Part shown: positions 39,494 to 48,530 of the stretch, in pieces | Layout: each line of letters starts with the position of its first letter | Numbering within the stretch: the first letter of the stretch is position 1 | Source of the DNA: Geobacteraceae bacterium | Lineage (GTDB): Bacteria > Desulfobacterota > Desulfuromonadia > Geobacterales > Geobacteraceae | Assembly: GCA_028683555.1 (NCBI GenBank) | Contig: JAQUHN010000002.1 | Span: forward strand, 1,233 to 65,232 | DNA length: 64,000 nt | Reading direction: 5' to 3' | Notes under the pieces: model-generated | Told to the model about the DNA's origin: nothing | Seen by the model: the letters and a program-made list of their open reading frames with translations, nothing else | The model's database searches: none | Translations under genes and position numbers: made by a program

Positions 39494-42400
39494 TTAGTAG
39501 CTTTCCGTGTATTCTACCGGATAATTTCCTTGATAGATATTGCCCAGCCTGCCATCAATGGCGATTTTGTCGCCCAGACGCAGTTCCACGCCATTGATGA
39601 GACATTTTTTCTCCGTTTCGATCACTTGCAGTACCTTGCAGTTGACGATGCAGATTTTGCCGAGACGGGCAGCGGTTACCGCCGCGTGCGAGGTGGCGCC
39701 GCCCCGTGCCGTCAGCAGCCCGTCGCAATCGAAAATCATGTCGATATCGTCGGGAACGGTGTCCGGCCGCACCAGGATTTTCTTGGCATCGGGAAATTTT
39801 ACCGTGGCTTCCCGCAGATCTTCCCGATCAAATACAATCATACCGTTCATGGCCCCGCCGCCGATGCCGATGCCGGAGCCGAGGAACTGCATGGACTTCT
39901 GTTCCGCAGCAAAAACGCAGAGTTTTTCCGGCTGACTGGTGGTGTAGTCCCTGGTCTGGAGGAAGAACAGGTCCTCCTTGCGCGGCGACTCGAAGGTAAA
40001 CTCGATTTCCTGGTGGTTGAAACCGTATGAGTCCACCAGCAGTTTTGCGCGGTAGAAGAGCTCCTGGTACACCTCGGGGAAGTCCTTTTCCAGCGATATC
40101 TTCAGGTTGCCCGGGGTGTTTTTGCGCTGCTTTTCCGAAATAGGCAGAGTGTGAACCAGGCCGGCTACCACGTCTTCTCCCTGGCTGAAGAGGGTGAAGT
40201 CGCCATAGAGGTGGACGCCCGGCTTTTCCTCCAGCGGATCGCGGGTAAAGACCACGCCGGTGCCGGAGTCGGAGCCGAGATTGCCGAGGACCATTTCCTG
40301 CACCATGACGGCGGTGCCCCATTCTTCAGCGATCTGCAGGTGACGGCGGTAGGTCTTGGCCCGGTCCGTGTACCACGAATCCATGGTCGAGAGAATGGCC
40401 TGGATAATTTGTCGGAACGGATCCTGTTCCACGTGTACCCGGTGTTCCTTGAGCAGGTCCCGGTAGGCGAGGGCTATCTCCCGTATCTGGCTTTCGGTGA
40501 ACTGCACCTTGCGCGCTACCTGATAAAGGTGCTTGAAGTGGGACATTTTTCGGTCGAACTCGTCGCGCGGGATACCGTGGGCCATTCCCCAACCTTGGAG
40601 AAAACGCCGGTAGCAGTCCCATGCAGTCCAGCCCATATTCTGTTTGCGGCTCAGTCCTTCGGCAACCTTGTCGTTCATGCCGACGTTGAGATAGGTGTCC
40701 ATGGCGCCCGGCATGGAAATGGCGGTTCCGGAGCGGACCGAAAAAAGCAGCGGGTTCTCCGGGTTTCCCAGCCCTTTGCCGGTGATCTCTTCCAGTTCGG
40801 TGATCTTTTGCCGGACCAGCTCCTCGATTTCTGCGGTCAGTTCCGGGTTCTGCAGAATTGCCCGACGGTGCCGGAAGAGTTCGGTGGTCAGAACAAAACC
40901 GGGCGGGATGGGGAATTCTTTGGCATAGAGCCGTTTCAGAAAATATGCCTTGGCGCCGAGAAAAATCTGGTTGTCCATCTCCGGGGTGCTTCGGTAGATG
41001 GGACTGATGATCAGGTCGGGGTCGAAACTCATGATGTTGTGCAGAACCTCGGGGGTCAGGCTTCCCACCATGGTCCGCAAGGTATTGAGCACATCGGAGA
41101 TGAAGTTGTCCAGTTGTTGCACGAGAAAGGCGGACGAAAGCACTTCCCGGTAGAACTTTTCCGAAATCCGGTGAACTTCCTGCTGATCCTGCGGCCCGGT
41201 TATGCGTGCATGGCCGGATTGCTGGAGGGCTACCACCTTGAGCGGCATGTCGAAATTGCGGAGAAAATACTCGTAGATGATCTCACGGATGTTCTGGGCC
41301 ATGAACTGGAACAGATTGACAAACTGATCGAGGCTGAAGCTTGCTGAGGTGAGGCTGTACTGGAACATCTTCAGGTTCGCGTCGAATCCCTGATTGGTGA
41401 TGCCGTCCAGCATCAGCCCATGGCGGAACAGCTCGATTATCCTCGCGATCCGGCGTAGCGACTTGGCGGTGATGTAGTTCATGTTGATCTGGCTGATGAG
41501 TTTCGTCATCAGCGCCACCGCCAGTCTTTCCAGTCGGAAGGTGAGGCCCATGGCCTCGAATTTAGCCTCGTGGTATTTGCCATACATGGAGGGGATGCCC
41601 GCGGCAATATGCCGCTTGTGGTAGATATCCTCGCATGCTTCCGATTTGTCGGGATTCAGGATTATCTCGCGCAGCCGATCCATGAAATAGTATACCCGCC
41701 GGAGCGCGGCTTCGGTGTTGTTCTCCTCGAGATGCTTGCCGAACTCTTCAATTTCTTCGTCGGGGAACAGGTGCAGCTGGTTCATTACCGGAATAATGTT
41801 GTGGTAATCCAGGGTGTATTTTGTTTTCAGCAGCCGGTGGAGCTCGACCAGTCCCTTGAAGCGGACCTGGTCGCGTTTCGGATGTCCTTTCAGGTGCTTC
41901 GACAGGTTCAGGTCTTCCCTGTCGAGGAGTTCTTCCGGCGCTATAGAGTAGTTCTCGCACAGGGACGAGACAATTTTATGGACCGGGTCGAACCATTCAC
42001 CGGAGTTTTGCAGCGTAGTAAACACATCTCGGGGAACCAGGTCTTCCAGTGCCGCTACCTCGCCATCGTACCAGAAGCGGATGATTCTTCTGGTCAGTTC
42101 GATATGGGTGTTGTTGCTCTCGGTGTGCACCTGCTTGCGGAGAAAATGAATCAGCCGGTCCTGGCGGAATGAAATTTCGTCTATTTTCGTGGTGATATCG
42201 CGCAACTCGCCTTCGGCGCCGATCTCGTTATAGTAAACCGGGAAGATGCGGGCCAGTTGCTTTATCATCTTGAAGGTGAGGGCAATATCCGAGTTCAGCA
42301 GTTTGGTAATGTCGCGCTGGAACAGATCGGTATCGGAAATGAAGATCCCCCGGACGCGGAGGTTCACGATCAGGGCGGAGAGCAGCTTGAGCATTTTCTG

Positions 42401-43597
42401 CGGGTTGCATTCGATCAGCTCCATCCAGACCCTGATGCTCTTGATGTGGTTTTTGTCGATACAGACCTGCCAGTCCTGGTTGATGCCGAAGACGTTCCCC
42501 GGTACGAAGCCGAAAGAGATGAGCCGGTCGATGAAACTGTTGATGATGGCTGGGTTTCCCAGTTCGATGACTTCTTTGCCGAGGGTCAGGACACAGTCCA
42601 GAAGCGTCCCCATGTGATCGCCCTTCTGGGATTCGAAGAGATGAAAAATCCTTTCGAGGAAGGTTTTCAGCTCTTTTTCGGTGCAGGCGCTCTTTACAAT
42701 GCGAAGCATCCGGTTGAGATCCCAGAGCAAATGGTCTTTCAGATGGGCCATGCCGGGCAGGCTCAGCAGGTAGAACAGGTAGTAGATGCGGTCGAGAGCG
42801 GGCTCCTCTTCGTCCATACAGCTGCGGAAGCGGTTGGCGATGCCGGAGAAATCGGCTACCTGCTGGAGTTCCGCCCAGGTTGCCGCTTTGGCTAGCTGTC
42901 TTCGCAGTTCGGCGAAGAAGGGTTTTCCGATATGGGTGATGCGCGGCGTCATGTCGGAGCGGAACAGGGATTTCTTGTTGGACAGCCAGGATTCGATGGA
43001 ACTGCTCTTTTCCCAGAAGTCGATGTTTTCCTTCAGGGCCAGGCGAAGCATGCCGAGCGCGGTATCGGCATAACGGGGATCATCGGCCAAATGCTTCATC
43101 CGCTCCTTCATGAATCCGGAAGAGCGCACCATGACATAGCGGTTTATGGCAAAGGTGTCGTGGAGCAGGGCTACGACTTCTTCCGTGAGCTGGTGGGGCG
43201 CTTTTTTCTGCCGGTGCAGCAGGTCGGCGAATTCCAGCAGCGTCTGAAATGCTCTTTCCTGTTGTTGGTCCGGGAGCGGGAGCCGTAACAGAGACCCGAA
43301 AATCTCCAGGAGCATTGTCAACGGTTTTTCGTTTTCCGGCAGCGATAGATAAAACCAGAGGTCGTCCAGAGCCATTTTGCGTAACAGATCAACCACCAGT
43401 TCCGGATTGGAGTAGGGGTGGTGATATTCCGTTATCAGTTCTTCCGCCCGCTTATGGATCCCGAAGTGGCTGCGGGACAGGGAAAGAAACCATTGATGCT
43501 CGGGCGGAATTTCAATTTTTCGCCGGGTGACGGCCAGGTTCACTTCAAGCGCTTTGGATACGAATTTTTTCATCTTAGTGTCCGACATAGTCATCAA
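39494..43597 (-). CDS. 1367-aa protein: novel ~875-aa N-terminal region + PPDK-type ATP-grasp + phospho-His swivel domain, with no PEP/pyruvate barrel
   Basis: The C-terminal ~490 aa align by eye to the N-terminal two thirds of pyruvate phosphate dikinase: FPIPPGFVLTTE, LLFSVRSGTAISMPGAMDTYLNVGMND, GTAVMVQEMVLGN, SGTGVVFTRDP, SQGEDVVAG, FFLQTRD, LVRPDTVPDDI, LTARGGATSHAAVTAARLG (His codon at 39686-39688). The protein ends about 60 aa after the His domain. Confidence 0.8.
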   Translation of the reverse strand: MMTMSDTKMKKFVSKALEVNLAVTRRKIEIPPEHQWFLSLSRSHFGIHKRAEELITEYHHPYSNPELVVDLLRKMALDDLWFYLSLPENEKPLTMLLEIFGSLLRLPLPDQQQERAFQTLLEFADLLHRQKKAPHQLTEEVVALLHDTFAINRYVMVRSSGFMKERMKHLADDPRYADTALGMLRLALKENIDFWEKSSSIESWLSNKKSLFRSDMTPRITHIGKPFFAELRRQLAKAATWAELQQVADFSGIANRFRSCMDEEEPALDRIYYLFYLLSLPGMAHLKDHLLWDLNRMLRIVKSACTEKELKTFLERIFHLFESQKGDHMGTLLDCVLTLGKEVIELGNPAIINSFIDRLISFGFVPGNVFGINQDWQVCIDKNHIKSIRVWMELIECNPQKMLKLLSALIVNLRVRGIFISDTDLFQRDITKLLNSDIALTFKMIKQLARIFPVYYNEIGAEGELRDITTKIDEISFRQDRLIHFLRKQVHTESNNTHIELTRRIIRFWYDGEVAALEDLVPRDVFTTLQNSGEWFDPVHKIVSSLCENYSIAPEELLDREDLNLSKHLKGHPKRDQVRFKGLVELHRLLKTKYTLDYHNIIPVMNQLHLFPDEEIEEFGKHLEENNTEAALRRVYYFMDRLREIILNPDKSEACEDIYHKRHIAAGIPSMYGKYHEAKFEAMGLTFRLERLAVALMTKLISQINMNYITAKSLRRIARIIELFRHGLMLDGITNQGFDANLKMFQYSLTSASFSLDQFVNLFQFMAQNIREIIYEYFLRNFDMPLKVVALQQSGHARITGPQDQQEVHRISEKFYREVLSSAFLVQQLDNFISDVLNTLRTMVGSLTPEVLHNIMSFDPDLIISPIYRSTPEMDNQIFLGAKAYFLKRLYAKEFPIPPGFVLTTELFRHRRAILQNPELTAEIEELVRQKITELEEITGKGLGNPENPLLFSVRSGTAISMPGAMDTYLNVGMNDKVAEGLSRKQNMGWTAWDCYRRFLQGWGMAHGIPRDEFDRKMSHFKHLYQVARKVQFTESQIREIALAYRDLLKEHRVHVEQDPFRQIIQAILSTMDSWYTDRAKTYRRHLQIAEEWGTAVMVQEMVLGNLGSDSGTGVVFTRDPLEEKPGVHLYGDFTLFSQGEDVVAGLVHTLPISEKQRKNTPGNLKISLEKDFPEVYQELFYRAKLLVDSYGFNHQEIEFTFESPRKEDLFFLQTRDYTTSQPEKLCVFAAEQKSMQFLGSGIGIGGGAMNGMIVFDREDLREATVKFPDAKKILVRPDTVPDDIDMIFDCDGLLTARGGATSHAAVTAARLGKICIVNCKVLQVIETEKKCLINGVELRLGDKIAIDGRLGNIYQGNYPVEYTESY

Positions 43598-44021
43598 ACG
43601 TTAGTGCCCGCGGGAACCGTGACGCCGAAGTCGCCGAAGCTGGGCGGTACGTACTTGTTTTTTTGGTAGAATGTTTCTGGGAGTTTTGCGGCAGAAGGGT
43701 TTTGCGGCATGATTTTTATACACTTCCGCTTGCCTCGGCAACATCGTCGGACATGGAAGTGTTCCCGCAAAAATGTACCATATCCCGGGTGGTAAGAAAA
43801 CAGAATAATTGTGCGGCTTGGCAAACTGACCGGAGGAATTCGATGCCAGTTGCCAGCAAGAAAACGTTTTCATCCTCTGGCTGGAGACTTGTTGGGCCGT
43901 TGCTTTCGGCGGTTCGCGGTGGCTGTGGCACGTATTTGCGCTACACGTTCTTGACGGGAAAGCACTTGAAGACTACTATGTATCTACTGCTACCGCTGGT
44001 GTCTACGACAGGAATAGAGAT

Positions 44022-44774
44022 ATGGTTTCAGGTGAGAAAAGAGGATTTGTTGCCCTTGCCGGGTTGATTATCGTTGCGGTGCTGTGTCTGGCTGCACAGG
44101 CATCAGCGTCGAGGGAAAATGAGGTGCGGGAGTCTCTCTACGAGGTTTTCAGTCATGGCATGAAAATTGGCCAAGTGAAAACTGTCTGCGGACCGGTGGT
44201 GCGCGACAGTAAAAAGACCTTTCACTTCGAATCATCCACCAGTATTGATGTTCATTTTCTCTTTTATTCCTATCGACTGGAAAAGAAAGAGGAGGCGATG
44301 ATAGGTGGTGAGGGGGCGTACAGCTATCGGCGGAGCATGCAGGAAAACGGTAAGTTAATTCATGTTTCGGGAAAAATGGAAACCGGTGCATTCCGGTTCG
44401 TTATTGATGAGGATGGCGCTACCCGCACCCTGATCATCCCTCGCGAAAAATACGACTATACTACGCTGGATTGTCCAGAATTGACGATGGGGCCGGATGA
44501 GAAGGAAAAGATCCTGCGGATTCTCGACCTGGAAAACCTGGTAATCGTCAGCAGAAAGTATCACTGGGTAAAGGACGAGGATCTGGACCTGGCCGGGCGC
44601 AAAATCCATTGCAAGGTAATCGATTTCCAGGATCTGAACAGGAAGGGGCGCCGCTGGGTTGAAGGCGATGAGCTTGGGGTCCTGGTCTTGCGTCAGGATG
44701 GCAGTGGCAAGGGAGTGTCCTATTCGTCCCGGCTTGCTTCGCAGGTGGTGAAGTGGGAGCAGGGGCGGCGATAA
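44022..44774 (+). CDS. hypothetical exported protein
   Basis: Signal peptide FVALAGLIIVAVLCLAAQASA. No family recognised. Confidence 0.6.
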   Translation: MVSGEKRGFVALAGLIIVAVLCLAAQASASRENEVRESLYEVFSHGMKIGQVKTVCGPVVRDSKKTFHFESSTSIDVHFLFYSYRLEKKEEAMIGGEGAYSYRRSMQENGKLIHVSGKMETGAFRFVIDEDGATRTLIIPREKYDYTTLDCPELTMGPDEKEKILRILDLENLVIVSRKYHWVKDEDLDLAGRKIHCKVIDFQDLNRKGRRWVEGDELGVLVLRQDGSGKGVSYSSRLASQVVKWEQGRR

Positions 44775-44822
44775 CCGGTGGCCGGCACCAGTCTTTGTTT
44801 GAGTAAATAAATTGGAGAGCAT

Positions 44823-45317
44823 ATGGGGAAGCAGTATCCGGCATTAAGTGAAAAGGATCGGCAGTTTATTGCGCAACAGAAGGTTTTCTTTCTTGCCAGT
44901 GCCTCTGGAGAAGAGGTGAATCTTGCGCCCAAGGGGGAAAACTGTCTCCTTTTTATCGATCCTGAAAACCTGCTGCTGCTCGACTACCCTGGAAGCAGCA
45001 ATCGTACGGGTCGCGACCTTGCTGCCGGTGGTTCCCTGACCATCATGTTCTGTTCCTTTGACGACGATTCTCGGGTCCTCAGGATTTTCTGCCGCGGCGA
45101 GGTTATCGGAAAAGAAAGTCCGGACTTTGCCTCCGTTGTAAAGCGCTTCCCTGGCGGTGATCCGGCCATTGTTCGCCAGGTCTTCAGGCTTTCTGTTCAG
45201 GCAGTCGAAAACAGCTGCGGACTCAGTGTCCCTATCATGCGTTTCGAAAAGCAGCGTGAGGGGGGCGTCCGACACTGGGCGGAAAAGAAGGCTGAGAAGG
45301 CCGGCGGCAACCGGTAG
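44823..45317 (+). CDS. pyridoxamine 5'-phosphate oxidase-family (FMN-binding split barrel) protein
   Basis: LSEKDRQFIAQQKVFFLASASGEEVNLAPKG...LDYPGSSNRTGRDL... Confidence 0.7.
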   Translation: MGKQYPALSEKDRQFIAQQKVFFLASASGEEVNLAPKGENCLLFIDPENLLLLDYPGSSNRTGRDLAAGGSLTIMFCSFDDDSRVLRIFCRGEVIGKESPDFASVVKRFPGGDPAIVRQVFRLSVQAVENSCGLSVPIMRFEKQREGGVRHWAEKKAEKAGGNR

Positions 45318-45970
45318 CGGAGCGGGTGGTCCTTCCGCCGGCAGCCTCTGCCTGGCCGGAAAAAACAGGCCGGCTTTTTATCGATATCTCGCCGCTGCTC
45401 GTTTTTCCTGATAAAAATCTTTCTGAAAACCCATTCCTTTTGCCATCTTTCTTCTTTTGCTTGCCGGTTGGCCAGATCCTCTTTGCTTGAGCGTTGTCCG
45501 CAAAAGGTTTTTGCACTGTATTTCCTGCCGATCTTTCCTTCTGCTTTGCCAATACGGATATTCCATAATCCATTTCAAACCTTTCGCTTGCCTTTCTCAT
45601 GTCGGGGCATTCCGAAACTTTTCATTCCCCTGTCTTGCTCTACGTCTTCTCGCTCAAGTGCTCGCCATGTGTTTGTCGGTTCGGCGTAATCCGGTTTCTG
45701 TTAGAAAACATAAGTTTATTGGTAGGTAAACAGTTTTTTTGTAATAATAAATATGTTGACATGAAATATGCTTTATATGTATAAAATTAAAACTTATACT
45801 ACTTTAAATGTGCTGCAAATAATTAGAATTGGTGCTTGTGTCAGTGCGGAAGTTCCTTTGCAGATATTTCATTTGATGGGAAAGCGGCGGTTGTTCTGGC
45901 AATAATCCGTCAAAGTTATTCCTTTTCCCCGGCTCTTGTCTGTGTGAAAAATTACTTAGGAGGTGTTCGG

Positions 45971-46162
45971 ATGGCGGGAAAGATCAGGCAGATGATAGAT
46001 TCCGTAATTAACCAAAGAGCGAAAGACAATCCCATGCTCGAACGTGTCATCAAAACGAAGTTGATTCTCAAGGGTATTAATCCGAACAAATATACTCTTC
46101 AGTCCGATGATGATCCCGTTGTGCTCGGCAAGCTTGAAAAGATGATTGCAGAACTCAAATAG
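45971..46162 (+). CDS. 63-aa hypothetical protein upstream of the FIST gene
   Basis: TAGGAGG Shine-Dalgarno, then ATG 45971: MAGKIRQMIDSVINQRAKDNPMLERVIKTKLILKGINPNKYTLQSDDDPVVLGKLEKMIAELK. 33 nt before the next gene. Confidence 0.5.
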   Translation: MAGKIRQMIDSVINQRAKDNPMLERVIKTKLILKGINPNKYTLQSDDDPVVLGKLEKMIAELK

Positions 46163-46195
46163 ACCTGGAAAATACCTATCGGTAGGAGGCTGATA

Positions 46196-47302
46196 ATGAA
46201 CATAAAAACTGCTTTTTCCGTACAAGAAACCGCTGAACGGAGCGTCAATGATATTGCCCGACAATTCGAGATGTTCGATACTGAAATGGTTCTGTTCTTC
46301 TCCTCGACGAAATATGCGCCGGAAAGTATCAGTAGCCTGATGCAAAATGCCTTCCCCATGGCTCAGGTATTTGGTTGTACTACGGCAGGAGAAATCGCTT
46401 CCGGGAAAATGTTGGAGAACTCGATTGTGGCCATGGCCTTCAACGGCCAGGCGATCAAGGATGCAAAGATCGAGGTTATTGAAAATCTTCATGACGAAAA
46501 TGCCGTCAGGGCAGCACTTGAATCTTTCGGGTCCTACTTTAACGAGCCTGTGGCGGATATGGATCCGGCAACCTATGTGGGGATCATTCTTGTCGATGGC
46601 TTGAGCGGTGCCGAGGAAGGTCTGATGGAAACCATTGGCGACCTGACCAATGTTACCTTTATCGGCGGTTCGGCAGGTGATGATCTGAAGTTTGCCTCTA
46701 CAAAGGTTTATGCGCAGGGCAAAAGCTATTCCAATGCGGCGGTTTTGGCAATGCTGAAACCGGGCGTAGAGTTCAGCTTTATCAAGACGCAGAGTTTCCG
46801 TGACCTGGGAAAAAGCCTGGAAGTGACGAAGGCGATTGAAGCGCAGCGTGAGGTTGTCGAATTCAACGGCAAGCCGGCTGCGGTTGCCTATGCCGAAGCT
46901 GTCGGGACCAGCGTCGAAGAAGCTGCCAAGCATTTCATGCATAACCCTGTTGGCCTGTTTATCGAGGACGAGCCGTATGTTCGCAGCCCGCAGCAGATCA
47001 AGGGTGACAGCATGTTGTTTTACTGCAGCGTGATGGAGGGAATGGAGCTGTCCCTGCTGGAAGGCACCGACATGATCGGCGATACCCGGCAGGCACTCGA
47101 GCTGGCGAAATCGGAGCTCGGCAGCATATCCGGCCTGGTTGCCTTCAACTGTATCCTCAGGACGCTGGAACTGCGCCAGAATAATCTCGAGCAGGCGTAC
47201 GGCGAACTGTTTGCGAATATTCCTACTGTCGGTTTCAGTTCCTATGGTGAAGAGTACATCGGTCATATCAATCAGACCGCTACTATGCTGGTATTCAAAT
47301 AG
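46196..47302 (+). CDS. FIST N/C-domain sensor protein (NosP-like)
   Basis: MVLFFSSTKY...VFGCTTAGEI...FIGGSAGDDLKF...GFSSYGEEYIGHINQTATMLVF are characteristic FIST_N/FIST_C landmarks. AGGAGG Shine-Dalgarno. Confidence 0.8.
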   Translation: MNIKTAFSVQETAERSVNDIARQFEMFDTEMVLFFSSTKYAPESISSLMQNAFPMAQVFGCTTAGEIASGKMLENSIVAMAFNGQAIKDAKIEVIENLHDENAVRAALESFGSYFNEPVADMDPATYVGIILVDGLSGAEEGLMETIGDLTNVTFIGGSAGDDLKFASTKVYAQGKSYSNAAVLAMLKPGVEFSFIKTQSFRDLGKSLEVTKAIEAQREVVEFNGKPAAVAYAEAVGTSVEEAAKHFMHNPVGLFIEDEPYVRSPQQIKGDSMLFYCSVMEGMELSLLEGTDMIGDTRQALELAKSELGSISGLVAFNCILRTLELRQNNLEQAYGELFANIPTVGFSSYGEEYIGHINQTATMLVFK

Positions 47303-47316
47303 GACCTCCCCGGAAA

Positions 47317-47347
47317 CCCGGAAAAATGGTGTTCCGGGCTGGTTTTT
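47317..47347 (+). terminator. possible terminator after the FIST gene
   Basis: cccggaa-aaatggtg-ttccggg followed by ctggttttt. Confidence 0.4.
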
Positions 47348-47744
47348 GGCTTTCATGGCGTCTTATTCGGTGCCGCGATGCCGGAAAGTGCTTGAGGGGA
47401 AAACGCCTGAAACCGGAACCTTGTCGGATCAATGTAAAGGATGGTGGCCGGTTGCACAGGGTTTCGGGGCACTCGCCGTCCAACCCCTTGTCGATGTTTT
47501 CGGATGAATAGCAGAGTACTTGTTGCCCGGAATCAGATCTTTGCTTCATGGCAGCGTCAATCGACAGGTTCTCATGTCAGGTTTGCTCATGGATGCCTGC
47601 GTCAGTTTGCTGATTTCTTGCCGGGAGAAAACAGCTCGCTTTTGACTTGTAAACCGCAAACTGTTTTGGCGGATGATGTGCGGTTATCGAGATGAGTGCC
47701 TTGGCGCAAGGGTTTTTTCGTTAGTTCCACACGAGGGTACTGCA

Positions 47745-48518
47745 ATGCCTGTTCACTATGAAGAAAGTATCGACTTGATGAACAAGGACGGTGGGCTGAA
47801 AGGAAATCTATCGCTCACCAATATTACCGACTTGCTGCAGTTCCTTTCCTCCAGTGCAAAAAGCGGTGTGATCCGTTTGCAAAGCCATCCCGGCGGCGAG
47901 GAAGGGAAGATTCACTTTGTGGGCGGGGAACTGGTCTCGGTGGTGTCCAAAAACCTGTCTGGGCTGGAGGGGCTTGCCGATTTGTTGTCCTGGGATCAGG
48001 GTACCTTTCATTTTCTTCCCGGGGTGGCTGCCCAAAAGACAAACATCGGACTATCGGTACAACATGCAATTATGGAAGCGGTCGTGCTTTTGGATAAACA
48101 GGCCAGTACTACGGTGAATGAGACTTTGAGATCAGATGAAAGGAGCTTTGATATGCAAGAGGCCGAAAGAAGTTCCACCGAGGTAATGAACGATTTGCTG
48201 GAAATTCCCGGTATTGATGCGGTCGTGGTCGTCGGACGAGACGGTTTCGTCATCGAATCCGCCGGGAGCAGTGCACGGGTGAATATTGACGAACTGGGAG
48301 CATCCCTGGCCCATTCAATCAACGGTATTGAGGAAATGGGCAGCGAACTGAATGTCAACCGGTTTCAGGACATGTTCATTGAGTACGGAAGGGCGGTTAT
48401 CATGTGCCGGCCGGTTGGCGACGCAGTTGCGGCTATCATTACTCCGGATGCCTCCAAGCTCGGGATTATCAGGCACAAGACCAGAAAGCTCTTTGAAGAG
48501 CTCGGCCACTCATTCTAG
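47745..48518 (+). CDS. DUF4388 (PATAN)-like domain fused to a Roadblock/LC7/MglB-like domain
   Basis: LKGNLSLTNITDLLQFLSSSAKSGVIRLQ...GKIHFVGGELVSV...GLADLLSWDQGTFHF, then LLEIPGIDAVVVVGRDGFVIESAGS...AAIITPDASKLGIIRHK. Confidence 0.75.
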   Translation: MPVHYEESIDLMNKDGGLKGNLSLTNITDLLQFLSSSAKSGVIRLQSHPGGEEGKIHFVGGELVSVVSKNLSGLEGLADLLSWDQGTFHFLPGVAAQKTNIGLSVQHAIMEAVVLLDKQASTTVNETLRSDERSFDMQEAERSSTEVMNDLLEIPGIDAVVVVGRDGFVIESAGSSARVNIDELGASLAHSINGIEEMGSELNVNRFQDMFIEYGRAVIMCRPVGDAVAAIITPDASKLGIIRHKTRKLFEELGHSF

Positions 48519-48530
48519 GGGGAGTGTTCA

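Noticed and set aside
43926-43940. TGGCACgtatTTGCg sigma54-like element about 90 nt upstream of the exported-protein gene
   Set aside because: The GG-to-GC spacing is one nucleotide shorter than the strictly conserved -24/-12 spacing.
45235-45600. 121-aa (and nested 66-aa) minus-strand ORFs in the 45.3-46.0 kb spacer
   Set aside because: The sequence is highly basic and low-complexity with no Shine-Dalgarno. The 3' end would overlap the converging PNPOx-family gene by about 80 nt. I cannot exclude a real small protein, but nothing supports one.
45956-47356. 466-aa minus-strand ORF opposite the FIST gene
   Set aside because: The plus strand carries the FIST landmarks (GGSAGDD, GFSSYGEEY) and strong Shine-Dalgarno sequences. 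The minus-strand product has no recognisable features.
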